64,000 nucleotides of DNA. It comes from Macrostomum lignano. Its lineage: Eukaryota. How positions within the stretch are numbered: position 1 is the stretch's first letter; every line of letters starts with the position of its first letter. The notes under the pieces are model-generated. The model was given only the letters and a program-made list of their open reading frames with translations. It was not told the origin of the DNA and ran no database searches. The position numbers and the translations under genes were made by a program. This document shows, piece by piece, positions 25,872-37,377 of this stretch. Where the stretch lies: positions 186,001-250,000 of the forward strand of contig NIVC01000299.1 in assembly GCA_002269645.1 (NCBI GenBank). Direction: 5' to 3'.

Positions 25872-27670
25872 AGCAGGTCTTCTGTGGCCTCGTGAATGAG
25901 ATGGCCGTCGATGAGTTCTTTCTGGAGTCCTTTATGCAGCTGGTGATTTGCACGCACGGCCACGCTGTGAAGATGGGCTTGGCAAAGGCTTTCTGCAACT
26001 GCATCATGAAAAACCTGGCCAAGCAGCTCTCCAATCGTGAAAGCGGGAGGAAGCCAAAGATCTCTAAGCTGTCCGGCCTCTCTTCTACGGATAGATGAAC
26101 CATTTTTAAAGCTACAAATGTTTCAAGTTGATGAATATATCTAGAACTACATTTTGACTTAGTTTACGCATGAGTTCTGTAATTATTCTTAAAGAAGTGT
26201 GCTCGAAGCCTGACCCTAATTCAATATTTTCTTCACTGTTGCCATATAATCTCATTATAAAGTACAAACTCTTTTAATTAGTAGCAGCAATGTCTCCGAA
26301 CGAATCGCTTTTGTATGCCGTTGGTGCTTAAGACTCCCGAAAGAAATCTCCTGAGAGATAAAATTTCCCGTTGATACTCACGCAGTAGCTGGGAATGGTT
26401 GCCACAGTAGGGTACATGCGTGTTGGGAGCTTCCCGTCCAGTGATGCTTTTTTAAGGAGTCCCTGGCATTCACTTTGGGAAGTGGAGGGAAAGTTGAAGC
26501 AGCAGCGGCGGCAGCAGCAGAAGCAATTTTTTTATGCATGCATTGACTGATGCTGCAGCTGTACAGAAATAAAATTTATGAAATGAAGCAGCGAGAAATA
26601 AAATTTGTAGCAAGCTACTTCAGAAGTCAGAAACAAGCAAAAGCAGGAGCGCATCTTAGGAGACTGGTAGCGATGGTTTTCCGATTTTTTTAACTAGAGG
26701 GCAGAAACACTGCTACTCCAATTTTTTGTCCTGTCACTCAGCGCAGCGCACAATGAGGAAAGAAAGCAAGTGGCTTCAACGGCAGCCATCCGCAATGCCT
26801 TAATTCGTTCAATACTGCAGCTGAAGTATCCACCGCTGCACAAGTTTGGAAGTGGACGCTTTTGTGAAGCTGTTTAGGAATGAGCGATGTCGATTGTGAT
26901 GCTGCTAATTTCAAGGTTTTTAGAGCTGCTGCTACTACTGTTATCGATTTTTCTCTTCTGTTGATGTGTGAGTTCTTACAGTGGCGATTTCAGCCAGTTC
27001 GGAATGCTGTTGCTCATGAACGGAAACGCCAATCGAAATAAGAATTGCAAGAAACAAAACTTATGAATTTTGCCTATCAGCATGTGCAGTTGCTAGGGAA
27101 CAGGAGCAGACAGTTTTGCACAGTATTGGATTAATATTTGACCTTTTTTAGGACACCCAGTATATATACTCGTAGATCAGTCCGGGTTCCTACAGCAACA
27201 ACAGAAAAACACACTCTTAGTAAGTCAGTGGAGGCGACAGCGAGCGGACAAAGTCCGGCCAGTTGACAGTGTCGGACGCCCCAGCGTTGCTCAGGCAAGG
27301 ACTACTAGACTATAGACTATATAACGAAGTGTTCCTAGTGGTCCTTGTGCTCAGGATGCAGTCTACCCATCACCGTGTCCTCGCTGGACCCAGGGTGGTT
27401 ATTTGTCTCAAAAATGAGTACTTCGGAGTATTTTTAAATCCAGTTCGCGCACTAACCAGAATACGAGCTGGGAATGAAAAACTCTCAGGATAATAACGTC
27501 AAGTTTGGAGATAATTGGACAGCAATTACGGATGAAGCTGGAACCGAACTGCTGCACGCAACTCTAAAACTTTCAGACCATTTTGGAGGCAAGCAGCGGA
27601 AGTTCAATGGGGATAAAAGCTGTAAAAACATTCACAAAATGGCAGCATCGCTTCTGTCACGCTTCTGAAA

Positions 27671-30600
27671 ATGCTTTGGCTGCTGCTGATCCTGCTGTGG
27701 CCGACTTTCGTGACGGCCTCTGACGAGCCGAACGTGGAGTGCCCGGAGCTGCACCCGAGCACCTTCTGCTCGGATGACGACATCCCGAGAAACTTCGAGT
27801 ACAGCGACGGCTGCAGCCTCTACCGCTGCAACTTCATGTCCTACTCGACTCTGCAGAGCCGCGACTGTCCGCGAGCCGAGTCGCTCGCCGACCAGCGTCG
27901 GTGCCGCGACGTCGCCAGAGCGATTTTCAGTCGTCTCGAGCCGCGCACCTGCCCGAACGCGGCGCCCGCGACTGTCTGCGCCAACGTGAGGGGCGTCAGA
28001 GGAGGAAACGGCAGCGGCTTCCGCTTCACCGACGGTTGCAACCGCTTCACCTGCGCACCCGACGGCTCCGTGGCGGGCAGCACCCGACTGTCTTGTCCCA
28101 CTGGAGACGCTCGCAGGGCCTACTGCAGCTTTGTAGCCAACTTCCAGATTGAGGCAGTGATGAATAGCGCTGATGAGAGCGAAGAAGGGTAAGCAGTCGG
28201 ACATAAACATGATAGATACAAACAGTTTAAAAGCTTTCTTGAGTCAATGGTTGGCCTTTGTTATCTCACACACTTGATGCAAAAAGCACAATGAGAATGT
28301 TCACTTTTGCAGTTCATTTTAAAATTCATCAAATGAAATTCTCATTACGTTGTTCGCCAGTCAACTGGCGTTAGTCGCTCCTAACGTGGGGTGCCCGGAG
28401 CTGCACCCGAGCACCTTCTGCTCAGACGACGACATCCCGAGAAACTTCGAGTACAGCGACGGCTGCAGCCGCTACCGCTGCAACTTCATGTCCTACTCGA
28501 CCCTGCAGAGCCGCGACTGCCCGCGAGCCGAGTCGCTCGCCGACCAGCGTCGTTGCCGCGATGTCGCCGAGCGATTTTCAACCGTCTCGAGCCGCGCACC
28601 TGCCCCAACGCGGCCCCCGCGACTGTCTGTGCCAGCGTGAGGGGCGTCGGAAGCGACCAAGACGGATTCCGCTTCACCGACGGTTGCAACCGCTTCGCCT
28701 GCGCACCTGACGGCTCCGTGGCGGGCAGCACTGGCGGAGCTGCATCGCAGGCAACGCTCGCAGGGCCTACTGCAGCTTCATCGTTGAAGCACAGATTGAT
28801 GCTGCTGGCGAAAGTTTAAACCGGAGTAGCGTTGAGTAAGCCCGGGGTTGCTGCGGTTTGCAAAAAAAGTGTACGCAAAAAGTCGCATTTCTTGTTTGAA
28901 AGAGCATGTTTTGAGCATCCATCCACCGAAAGATGTATTGGCAGAGATGAGCAATTTTTGGTTGCTACGAAAATAACAATTCAAGGATCGAACCCATCTG
29001 ATAAGTCGTAGGAAATCCATTATCATTAAGATCGTTACTCTGTCGAGAGGCAACAGTAAAGGAGAAAATATTTCAGAGGTTTAAAACCGTTGCGATGTGA
29101 GTGGCGGTCCAGAACCAAACACTTGGACTGGGCGTCGGGGAGCTCCCAGCCACACCGCTGTCATTGCTAGCGGGTCGCAAAGGCGACGGACTTACCTGAG
29201 GATGTCCGCATTCCCGCTACTTTCCCAATGAGCACAATGCCAAATCAAACTCTCAGGCTTGCTGAAATACGAGTAATCGGCCTGGACGATGTCATCCACT
29301 CCGACTGTTCTTTTAATGTTTTGAAGACTCTCAAGGATGTGCGAGCGTATTGTAGCCTTAGGTTGCTGGGAGGCTTCTCGATTGGTGAGCTGCCATTAGA
29401 ACGAACGAATTCTGGCCTAGAAATAAATGACAGCCAGCTTCGCAAAGTTACTTGTGCCTTTGTCGATAGACAATTTACTCGTACGTAATTTTACGTGAAG
29501 TTGAGTATCTCAAATAATATATATAGATAGAACATGATTAAGAAATATTTTTCTAACCTTTCTGCAAACCGGAATCCTAAATTATAGGGTTACATCGTAT
29601 ATGGAAAAGTGAAATGCATTGACAAGAACTTCTTTGCCTCTCAAGAGAATTTTCGACGGCAAACGTGGAGTGCCCCGAGCTGCACCCCAGCACCTTCTGC
29701 TCAGACGACGACATCCCGAGAAACTTCGAGTACAGCGACGGCTGCAGCCGCTACCGTTGCAACTTCATGTCCTACTCGACTCTGCAGAGCCGCGACTGTC
29801 CGCGAGCCGAGTCGCTCGCCGACCAGCGTCGTTGCCGCGATGTCGCCCGAGCGATTTTCAACCGTCTCGAGCCGCGCACCTGCCCGAACGCGGCGCCCGC
29901 AACCGTCTGCGCCAGCGTGAGGGCGTCGGAAGCGACCAAGACGGATTCCGCTTCACCGACGGTTGCAACCGCTTCGCCTGCGCACCTGACGGCTCCGTGG
30001 CGGGCAGCACGTGGCGGAGCTGCATCGCAGGCAACGCTCGCAGGGCCTACTGCAGCTTCATCGTTCAAGCACAGATTGATGCTTCTGGTGAAAGTTTAAA
30101 CCGGAGCAGCGTTGAGTAAGCCAGGGGTTGCAGTTAATTACGTCGAAGTATGTTCTGTTGATGCTCGCGAAAACGGCATGATGTGTTTGATAGCGAGTGT
30201 TTTTTCAATCCGTTGGAACATTCGCAGATTTCTGCAAAGTAAATGGAGTTTAGAATCAGTAAAACAGAAATAAGCCTTTTCGATTTTTCTGGCATCCTAA
30301 TATGACGACAATTTAATTCAGATTATTTACTCAGCCGACTTGCATCATGCAAAATCTGTACTGAGTTGTTTATTAATGAAGGAAGTGCGTTACGAAAACT
30401 TCTGGGTCCTTCAAAAATGAACATTCGTCCTTCTTTTAGCGGCTTGCGATTAGCTCGTAGAATGAAAACTTATTTCGGGATCGGGTTTAACTAGAACCCC
30501 GAAAAAACGGCAATCTTAAACACCACAAGGACCCTCCCGGGCTACGCCGGTCCGTCGGGGTTTCAGTGAGGTCATTGAACATTGAACTCAGAAATATTGT

Positions 30601-31182
30601 AAACTACCAACCTAGAGCACTTGCAAAGCGATTGACTTGAGCTTTCTATTACACTCCAAATTTTGTTAGGGCGCACTGAGTAGGTGGCGCATTTCAATAT
30701 TTTCCCAATCATGTTTTACTTTTAGAGACTTTTTGACGGCAAACGTGGAGTGCCCCGAGCTGCACCCCAGCACCTTCTGCTCAGACGACGACATCCCGAG
30801 AAACTTCGAGTACAGCGACGGCTGCAGCCGCTACCGCTGCAACTTCATGTCCTACTCGACTCTGCAGAGCCGCGACTGTCCGCGAGTCGAGTCGCTCGCC
30901 GACCAGCGTCGGTGCCGCGATGTCGCCAGAGCGATTTTCAGTCGCCTTGAGCCGCGCACCTGCCCGAACGCGGCCCCCGCGACTGTCTGCGCCAGCGTGA
31001 AGGGCGTCGGAAGCGACCAAGACGGATTCCGCTTCACCGACGGTTGCAACCGCTTCGCCTGCGCACCTGACGGCTCCGTGGCGGGCAGCACTTGGCGGAG
31101 CTGCATCGCAGGCAACGCTCGCAGGGCCTACTGCAGCTTCATCGAACGAGACCAGCAAGTTGACGGCATGGAAGTTGGGTGA
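27671..31182 (+). CDS. Secreted protein of four tandem 12-Cys modules, about 640 aa if repaired; exons 27671-28188, 28361-28835, 29646-30115, 30726-31182
   Basis: Signal peptide MLWLLLILLWPTFVTAS. Each module begins NV(E/G)CPELHPSTFC and sits in its own exon. All introns are GT-AG phase 2. Three single-base deletions in homopolymer contexts (~28568, ~28732, ~29921). Confidence 0.75.
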
Positions 31183-31940
31183 GAGTCGATAATAGATACG
31201 AGAATCTAGAAAGCAGACTATTCATAAGTGACACGGCGTAAAAGACGTAATACTCGTATGCACGACTCCCGGTGGTCGGTAATTTTGAAGTTCATTGAAA
31301 ATCTTGGCCTGTTTTGTTCAGAATTTGTTTCGGCCATTTGTCATGAAGTTAAGTAAGAGTAGTAATATTCAATACATTTACACTACGGTCTACAGCTACA
31401 TAAGTTTCAAATGGAGATTGCAAGCCTTGATTTTCGTAGAGTAGCACAGTTAATGCCTGGATTCTTCCAGCAAGGATGACTTGCAGCAAGAAGATGCACA
31501 TAAACGAGCTGTTTTTGGTAATTTCGTTTCTGGATTAGAATTTCTAGAACAGGATCCCAATCTTGAAATCCCGAGATCTAATCTTGAAAATTAGTGGTTA
31601 ATGTGAATCGACCTTTACTGGTTACGAGCTTCCATTTGGGACAGACTGGTTGATAACTCGTTTGCATTGTAAAGTTCGTCCCTATAAAAGACAGTGTAGT
31701 CGATGGCCCATTTGAACTGTCGATCACCTTCCCCAACTTTAATTAACCATTCCACAGGCCGCTATTCCGACGCCGCCGTAGGACATCGGAGAAGCTGCAC
31801 TGAGAGATTAAGCTGAACAGATTGAAATGCGAGATGCAACATTGGAATGAACTCTTTGCACGCAATATACGAGTTGTCTAAACACCCAAAAAACTTAGAC
31901 CACTAACACTGTTACCTGACCTCCTAAGACACGGAATGTG

Positions 31941-32486
31941 TATACTCAGCAACAGTCGGAGGTTTCACCCTCCAAGCGAGATGAAAATCTTCTCACAAAC
32001 TGACAACTTCTCACTCACAATTCAACCCTCAAGTTATGCAGTTTATTTTTAATGCAATATTCAGTTAAAAAAGCGATGCTTAATAACGCGCATGGGATCG
32101 TGCGGCCACTCTGCGGGGCATCCCCAGGATGAGGCGGCGCAGAAAGTCCTGGGGAAGCTGCTGACAAGCTTTTCAATGGCATGACGCACCTCCGCAACAT
32201 TCTGTGGTGTGGTGGATTCTCTCTTCGAATGCTGCGTTTTAGGAAGTCCCAGACATGCTCGATGGGATTCATGTCTGGTGACCGGGAAGGCCAGCGCAGA
32301 GTGCGCAGCTGTAGCTGTTCTTTCGGTTGACTAACAGCATCGGCTCGGTGTGGTGGTGCGTTGTCATCCTGGACAACCCCTAAGTGGCAATGAGCTTCGC
32401 GTGTGCCTTACGTTGCGTCACTCGCAATAAGTGAGAAAAATTCATCTCGCTTGGGAGGGTGGAACTTTTGACTGTTGCTGAGTATA
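31941..32486 (-). mobile_element. Tc1/mariner deletion derivative
   Basis: About 55-bp TIRs (TATACTCAGCAACAGTC...) with TA flanks. Internal fragment QDDNAPPHRA...WPSRSPDMNPIEHVWDFLKR is the C-terminal part of a DD34E domain. Confidence 0.88.
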
Positions 32487-32908
32487 CACTGCCTGGCAAT
32501 GAGAAAGTCAAGGCCGATGTGCACCCTGTGTGAGCGCATCTGTCGTGTATGCGCTTCGGTCAGCTGTATGAGTACAGCTGCTTGCTTTGATCAATAAAGA
32601 AACTGGAACACTGACTCTCCAAATAAATTTAAATAAAAAAAATTATACACACAGCATCACACAGTGATTTAGTAAAAAAGAGAACCTATGTAAGACCTAT
32701 AATATTGTATTTCTTACTTTGTTCAATCGAGCAACACGCAGTTCTCGCCGCAATAAAACAGACAATATGTTAATTATTAAAAAACTATCTAGAAAATTGA
32801 ACAGCCACGTTGCCAATGCTGCTACTGCCTTTGGATTTGAGTAGTACAGGACGGGCCCAGCCCGACTCATTCTGACAGCATCTGACACTCCGCCTCTCAG
32901 CAGCTGCG

Positions 32909-34881
32909 TCAGGCCTCCCCAGTCATGATCGCCATGAACTCCTCCAGCGAGATGGCAGAATCGCCGTCCTTGTCGAACTCCTCGATCATGGCGCGCAGCT
33001 CCTGGTCAGACATGTTCTCGCCGAGCTCCTTGGCCACCTTCTTCAGGTTACGGAAGGTGATCTTCCCGGAGTCATCGTCGTCAAACAGCTTGAAGGCGCG
33101 CACGATTTCATCGGTGGGGTCGCGGTCCAGCAGCATGTCGGTGACGATCTCGGTGAAGTCCGCCTGGGACAGCTTGCCGGAGTCGTCCTGCGGGGCGAGG
33201 CGGCCAAGGACCACTAGGAATAAGAGGACTCTGGGATCGAGGCAAAATATGAAGAACTAACTCATTCCATGCAACCTCTGTGTGATCCCAATCTTGCTGC
33301 AGTGTGATTTTAATCCATCTGCAGTGTGATCCCAATCTTGCTGCAGTGTGATTATAATCCATCTGCAGTGTGATCCCAATCTTGCTGCAGTGTGATTATA
33401 ATCCATCTGCAGTGTGATCCCAATCTTGCTGCAGTGTGATTATAATCCATCTGCAGTGTGATCCCAATCTTGCTGCAGTGTGATTATAATCCATCTGCAG
33501 TGTCATCCCAATCTTGCTGCAGTGTGATTATAATCCATCTGCAGTGTGATCCCAATCTTGCTGCAGTGTGATTATAACCCATCTGCAGTGTGATCCCAAT
33601 CCCCCAGTATTCTGATCCCAATCCCCCAGAAGTCTGATTTCAATCCCCCAGTAGTCTGATCCCAATCCCCCAGTAGTGTGATCCCAATCCCTCAGTAGTG
33701 GGATCCCAATCCCTCAGTAGTGTGATCCCAATCCCTCAGTAGTGGGATCCCAATCCCCCAGTAGTGTGATCCCAATCCCCCAGTAGTGTGATCCCAATTC
33801 CCCATAGTGTGATCCCAATCACCACCCCAGTAGTCTGATCCCAATCCCCCAGTAGTCTGATCCCAATCCCCCAGTAGTCTGATCCCAATCCCCCAGTAGT
33901 CTGATCCCAATCCCCCAGTAGTCTGATCCCAATCCCCCAGTAGTGTGATCCCAATCCCCCAGTAGTCTGATCCCAATCCCCCAGTAGTGTGATCCCAATC
34001 ACCACCCCAGTAGTGTGATCCCAATCACCACCCCAGTAGTGTGATCCCAATCCCCCAGTAGTGTGATCCCAATCCCCCAGTAGTGTGATCCCAATCCCAT
34101 TATAGTGTGATCCCAATTATAGTTGATCCCAATCCCCCTATCCATCCCAATCCCCCTATAGTGTGATCCCAATCATAGTGTGATCCCAATCGTCATAGTG
34201 TGATCCTAATCCCTATCCCCCTCATGTGTGATCAGTCGATCTCCCTTCCCCCTATAGTGTGATCCCAATCCCCTCATAGTGTGATCCCAATCGCCTCATA
34301 GTGTGATCCTAATCCCCTATAGTGTGATCCCAATCCCCTCATAGTGTGATCCCAATCGCCTCATAGTGTGATTCTAATCCCCCTATAGTGTGATCCCAAT
34401 CCCCTCATAGTGTGATCCCAATCGCCTCATAGTGTGATCCTAATCCCCCTATAGTGTGATCCCAATCCCCCAGTAGTGTGATCCCACCAATTCCCCCCGA
34501 TCCCTTCGCCTTTGATCCCTTGTAGTGTGATCCCAATCCCCCCATAGTGTGATCACAATCCCCTTCGATCCCCTGCAGTGTGATACCCCACTGTCCTGGT
34601 GTCAGATCCCTAACAGTTTATCCCAAGCACCTGCTCAATCCGACCCCACCAATGCCCACCTTCACATTGTAGTCCTGCACCAGTTTGGCAACTTCGCTCT
34701 TCTTCAAATCGAATCCCAGCGCTCGAAGGGCCACCTTGAACTCGTGATAAGTGATGGCATTGTCATTGTCGCTGTCAAACAGTTCAAATGCATCCTTGAT
34801 CTCAGCTTTCTGCTCGCTGCTCAGTTCGCGTCTCTTCTTTCTTCTTTTGGCGTCCATTGATGTTGCCGAAAGTTGTGGCAT
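32909..34881 (-). CDS. CETN3: Centrin-3, about 166 aa; exons 34881-34660, 33187-32909
   Basis: KKRRELSSEQKAEIKDAFELFD, RDPTDEIVRAFKLFDDDDSGKI and GENMSDQELRAMIEEFDKDGD match the centrin-3/Cdc31 subfamily. Phase-0 intron AAG|GTGGGC...CCGCAG|GAC. Confidence 0.92.
33270..34560. repeat. 22-bp minisatellite family (GTGTGATCCCAAT core; 44-bp dimer at one end) in the centrin intron
   Basis: Tandem units grading from GCAGTGTGATCCCAATCTTGCT to CCCCCAGTAGTGTGATCCCAAT to CTCATAGTGTGATCCCAAT variants. Confidence 0.93.
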
Positions 34882-36100
34882 GCAATACACAGAGTAATGC
34901 AGAAATTCAGAACTGCATTTCCAATAACTTCTAATATGACTTGCCTCCTCTCTACGACTTTGCAACCCATAATCAGGACAGTTTAATGGCAAATTATTTT
35001 TAATATTCATGCCATTGTATAAATGTGCTTTTAATAAATAAATTTCTGTTGAAATCAAACATGTATCAATGCAAAAAATGTAAAAAACATGGTGTGCACC
35101 ATTGCCAATCTCAGTATGCCAGAAGGAAATTTTTGGGCCTTGTCTAGTTCAATAACTCTTGAAGATGACAATAAACATGTACCAATCACTAAAATACATG
35201 AGGCACTTACACTTGATGCTATGTCAATGTCATTCTGAATAACTGAATAAGTGGATACAGTTGCATTAAAACATGACATGATATCATATTTGTATTACCA
35301 TTCAATAATGAAAATAATTTTATTTAAAACAGTATGATACATAAGTTACTTTGATATATACAATAATAAAGAGTTTTTGCTTAACTGCTATCATTCTTTA
35401 GAAGTTTTTAAATGTGCAATTCTGTAGACATAAGCATCATCAATACTTCTATAAGATATTCTTACATACAAAGCATGCTGATAATAGTGAATTTGTCTGT
35501 GTTGCAGCATTGGTCAATTTAATTTTCATTTGAGATAAAGTTGGAGTTAAAAAAAGACGATTTTATTGTTATGTCAGCAGAAGACAAATCATCAGATTTT
35601 GAGTCTGATTAGAGCATGAGGTAAACAGCAGCGACAACAAAAGCAGACAAAATGTATATTACTTGGCACAATGGCATGACCACTATGCACTGCAGTACTA
35701 GTAGAACAAAATTTGGACTATCAAACCAAGATGGCCTATCTACTAGGGATCCATAACTATCAGATCCACATTATTGTCTTAACTTTCTTGAAGCTAAGCA
35801 GCCTAAGTGCAATTGTCATATGCTTTGTATCAACCAATCACCATTTGAAAATTATCAATACATATGGCATAAGAATGAGACTACAAAGCCTCCCAAGTTT
35901 GCTTAAGAAGAGCACCCTTATATCCAAAACTTGCATACTGCAGATAAGAAACATTTGCCTTTATGCAAGAACTTGACACTTGAAGTTGCACAAGGCAGTT
36001 GTAATAATATTAGTGGCTATCTATGCTTTTCTTTTTTACTATTACTAATACTATTTGAAATACTTGGGGTTTTTCTCGGGGTGGCCTGGTAGGTCTTTGA

Positions 36101-37161
36101 ATCCCACTGCTGCCACCAGTGAAATAGATGGGGTTTTCTTGGGGTGGCCTGGTAGGTCTTTGAATCCCACCGCTGCCACCAATGAAGTGGAATGGTGTTT
36201 GCTTCCCGGATTAGGCCCTTGCGGATTACCTTAAACCTCGGCCTCTTCTTCTTGGGAAGTTCTCTCAACTCTCAGTAGCGTAGGTAGTGCTGCCACCAGT
36301 TCCTTCAGGTCTCGGCCCTCGATGAGGTGAGCTTCCCGTCGGAACGAAATAAACAAGTCAACGAACTCAGCACAGCGTGTAGATTTGCAGATTAATGAAC
36401 AAGGCGTCCTGATCAGCAGATCCCCGCCGGGCTCAGGGGTGGCTGGGAAGGCAGTGTTAGCCTCCCTTAGGCTTGGGCTTTAGTGGGGTCTCAGTCAGAC
36501 CAGTACAAACGGATTCAGTACGCAAAGGGCACTTAGTTAGACACTGACGCACACGGGATCTTAGTGAATTCTCCGCAGATAAGAAGCCATTTCCTTGACG
36601 GAAACAAGGGGAGAGGGGTCCTATTTATAGTCGGGAAACACCCACGCACAAGACCTCGTGACTTGTTCTATTTTTAGAACTGACGTCACTTGAGATCTCG
36701 AGGCAGGGTCTCAGTGCGCGCAAGACCTCGTGACTCGTTCTATTTTTAGAACTGACGTCACTTGAGGTCTCCGGCCAGAGTACACGTGGCTGTGACTCAG
36801 TTGCTATTTTTAGCAACATGAGTCACTCCTCTCCTTAGAGAAGGGAGGGGTCCAAAAGCACGTGATTCTCCCGGTAAACAGGGCCAACGAGTGCAGTAAA
36901 CATGTTTACTGCACTTTAGGACTCGAAGAACGCAGAGTCTGTCATGTGACTTGCTCACAAGACAGAGGAAAACGGGACGGGAACGAAACAGAGACAGCCC
37001 ACAGCAGAGAAGCTGAGGGCTGAGAACAGAGACGCAGAAGGGCAGAACAGGCCAAGGGCAGCAACAGACGGGCTAAGGGGGGGGGTGGGAAGCTGACCAG
37101 CGGCAGACAGCAACCCAGGGCGAGGGCGAGGGAGACTGCTGACAAAGTGGGACGCCTAACA
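36101..37161 (-). mobile_element. About 979-bp LTR (37161-36183, TG...CA) followed by a duplicated tRNA-Leu-type PBS; internal region absent
   Basis: Starts TGTTAGG and ends TTCA. TGGTGGCAGCGGTGGGAT at 36181-36164 and a second copy at 36118-36101. TATA at 36630-36621. Confidence 0.7.
36621..36950 (-). promoter_or_regulatory. LTR enhancer-promoter with MEF2, CRE, AP-1 and E-box motifs
   Basis: CTATTTTTAG at 36668, 36740 and 36804; TGACGTCA at 36681 and 36753; TGACTCA at 36793; TGAGTCA at 36819; CACGTG at 36783 and 36859; GTCATGTGAC at 36941. Includes a duplication with 72-bp period. Confidence 0.6.
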
Positions 37162-37377
37162 TCAACTAGCAGATCACTACATATTCTTTACTATTTCTAT
37201 TCTATTACTATTCTTACTATTCACCCTAACAGAAATGACTACTAAGTGATGCCATTTTTGAAGATGCGACCCAGGCTACTAGCTAGTCAACCAATGCAAC
37301 TTAGGCCACTAGCAAGTCAAACAATGTAGCCGAGGCCACTAGCCAATCAACTAACCTAACCTAGGCTTCTAGCCCGC

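Larger units (their letters stand above)
21535..26098 (+). pseudogene. P-element/THAP9-type transposase C-terminal half, disrupted; pieces ~21535-22327, 22592-22598, 25884-26098
   Basis: YVLLGAIQSDCIERRFGWLRQMSGAN, VARKFVQNRKCDSC, INRGGLCQPT. After removing two LINE insertions it reads FLTVQQQQQQQVFCGLV...CTHGH...KAFCNCIMKN...KISKLS. Stop at 21937-21939 plus frameshifts. Confidence 0.8.

Noticed and set aside
17409-26098. Link between the foldback element and the nearby P transposase (Galileo-like pair)
   Set aside because: The foldback is flanked by TTAA, not the 7-8 bp TSD of the P superfamily; proximity alone is not evidence.
29190-29202. ACTTACCTG as a U1 snRNA 5' end
   Set aside because: The following sequence has no U1 stems or Sm site.
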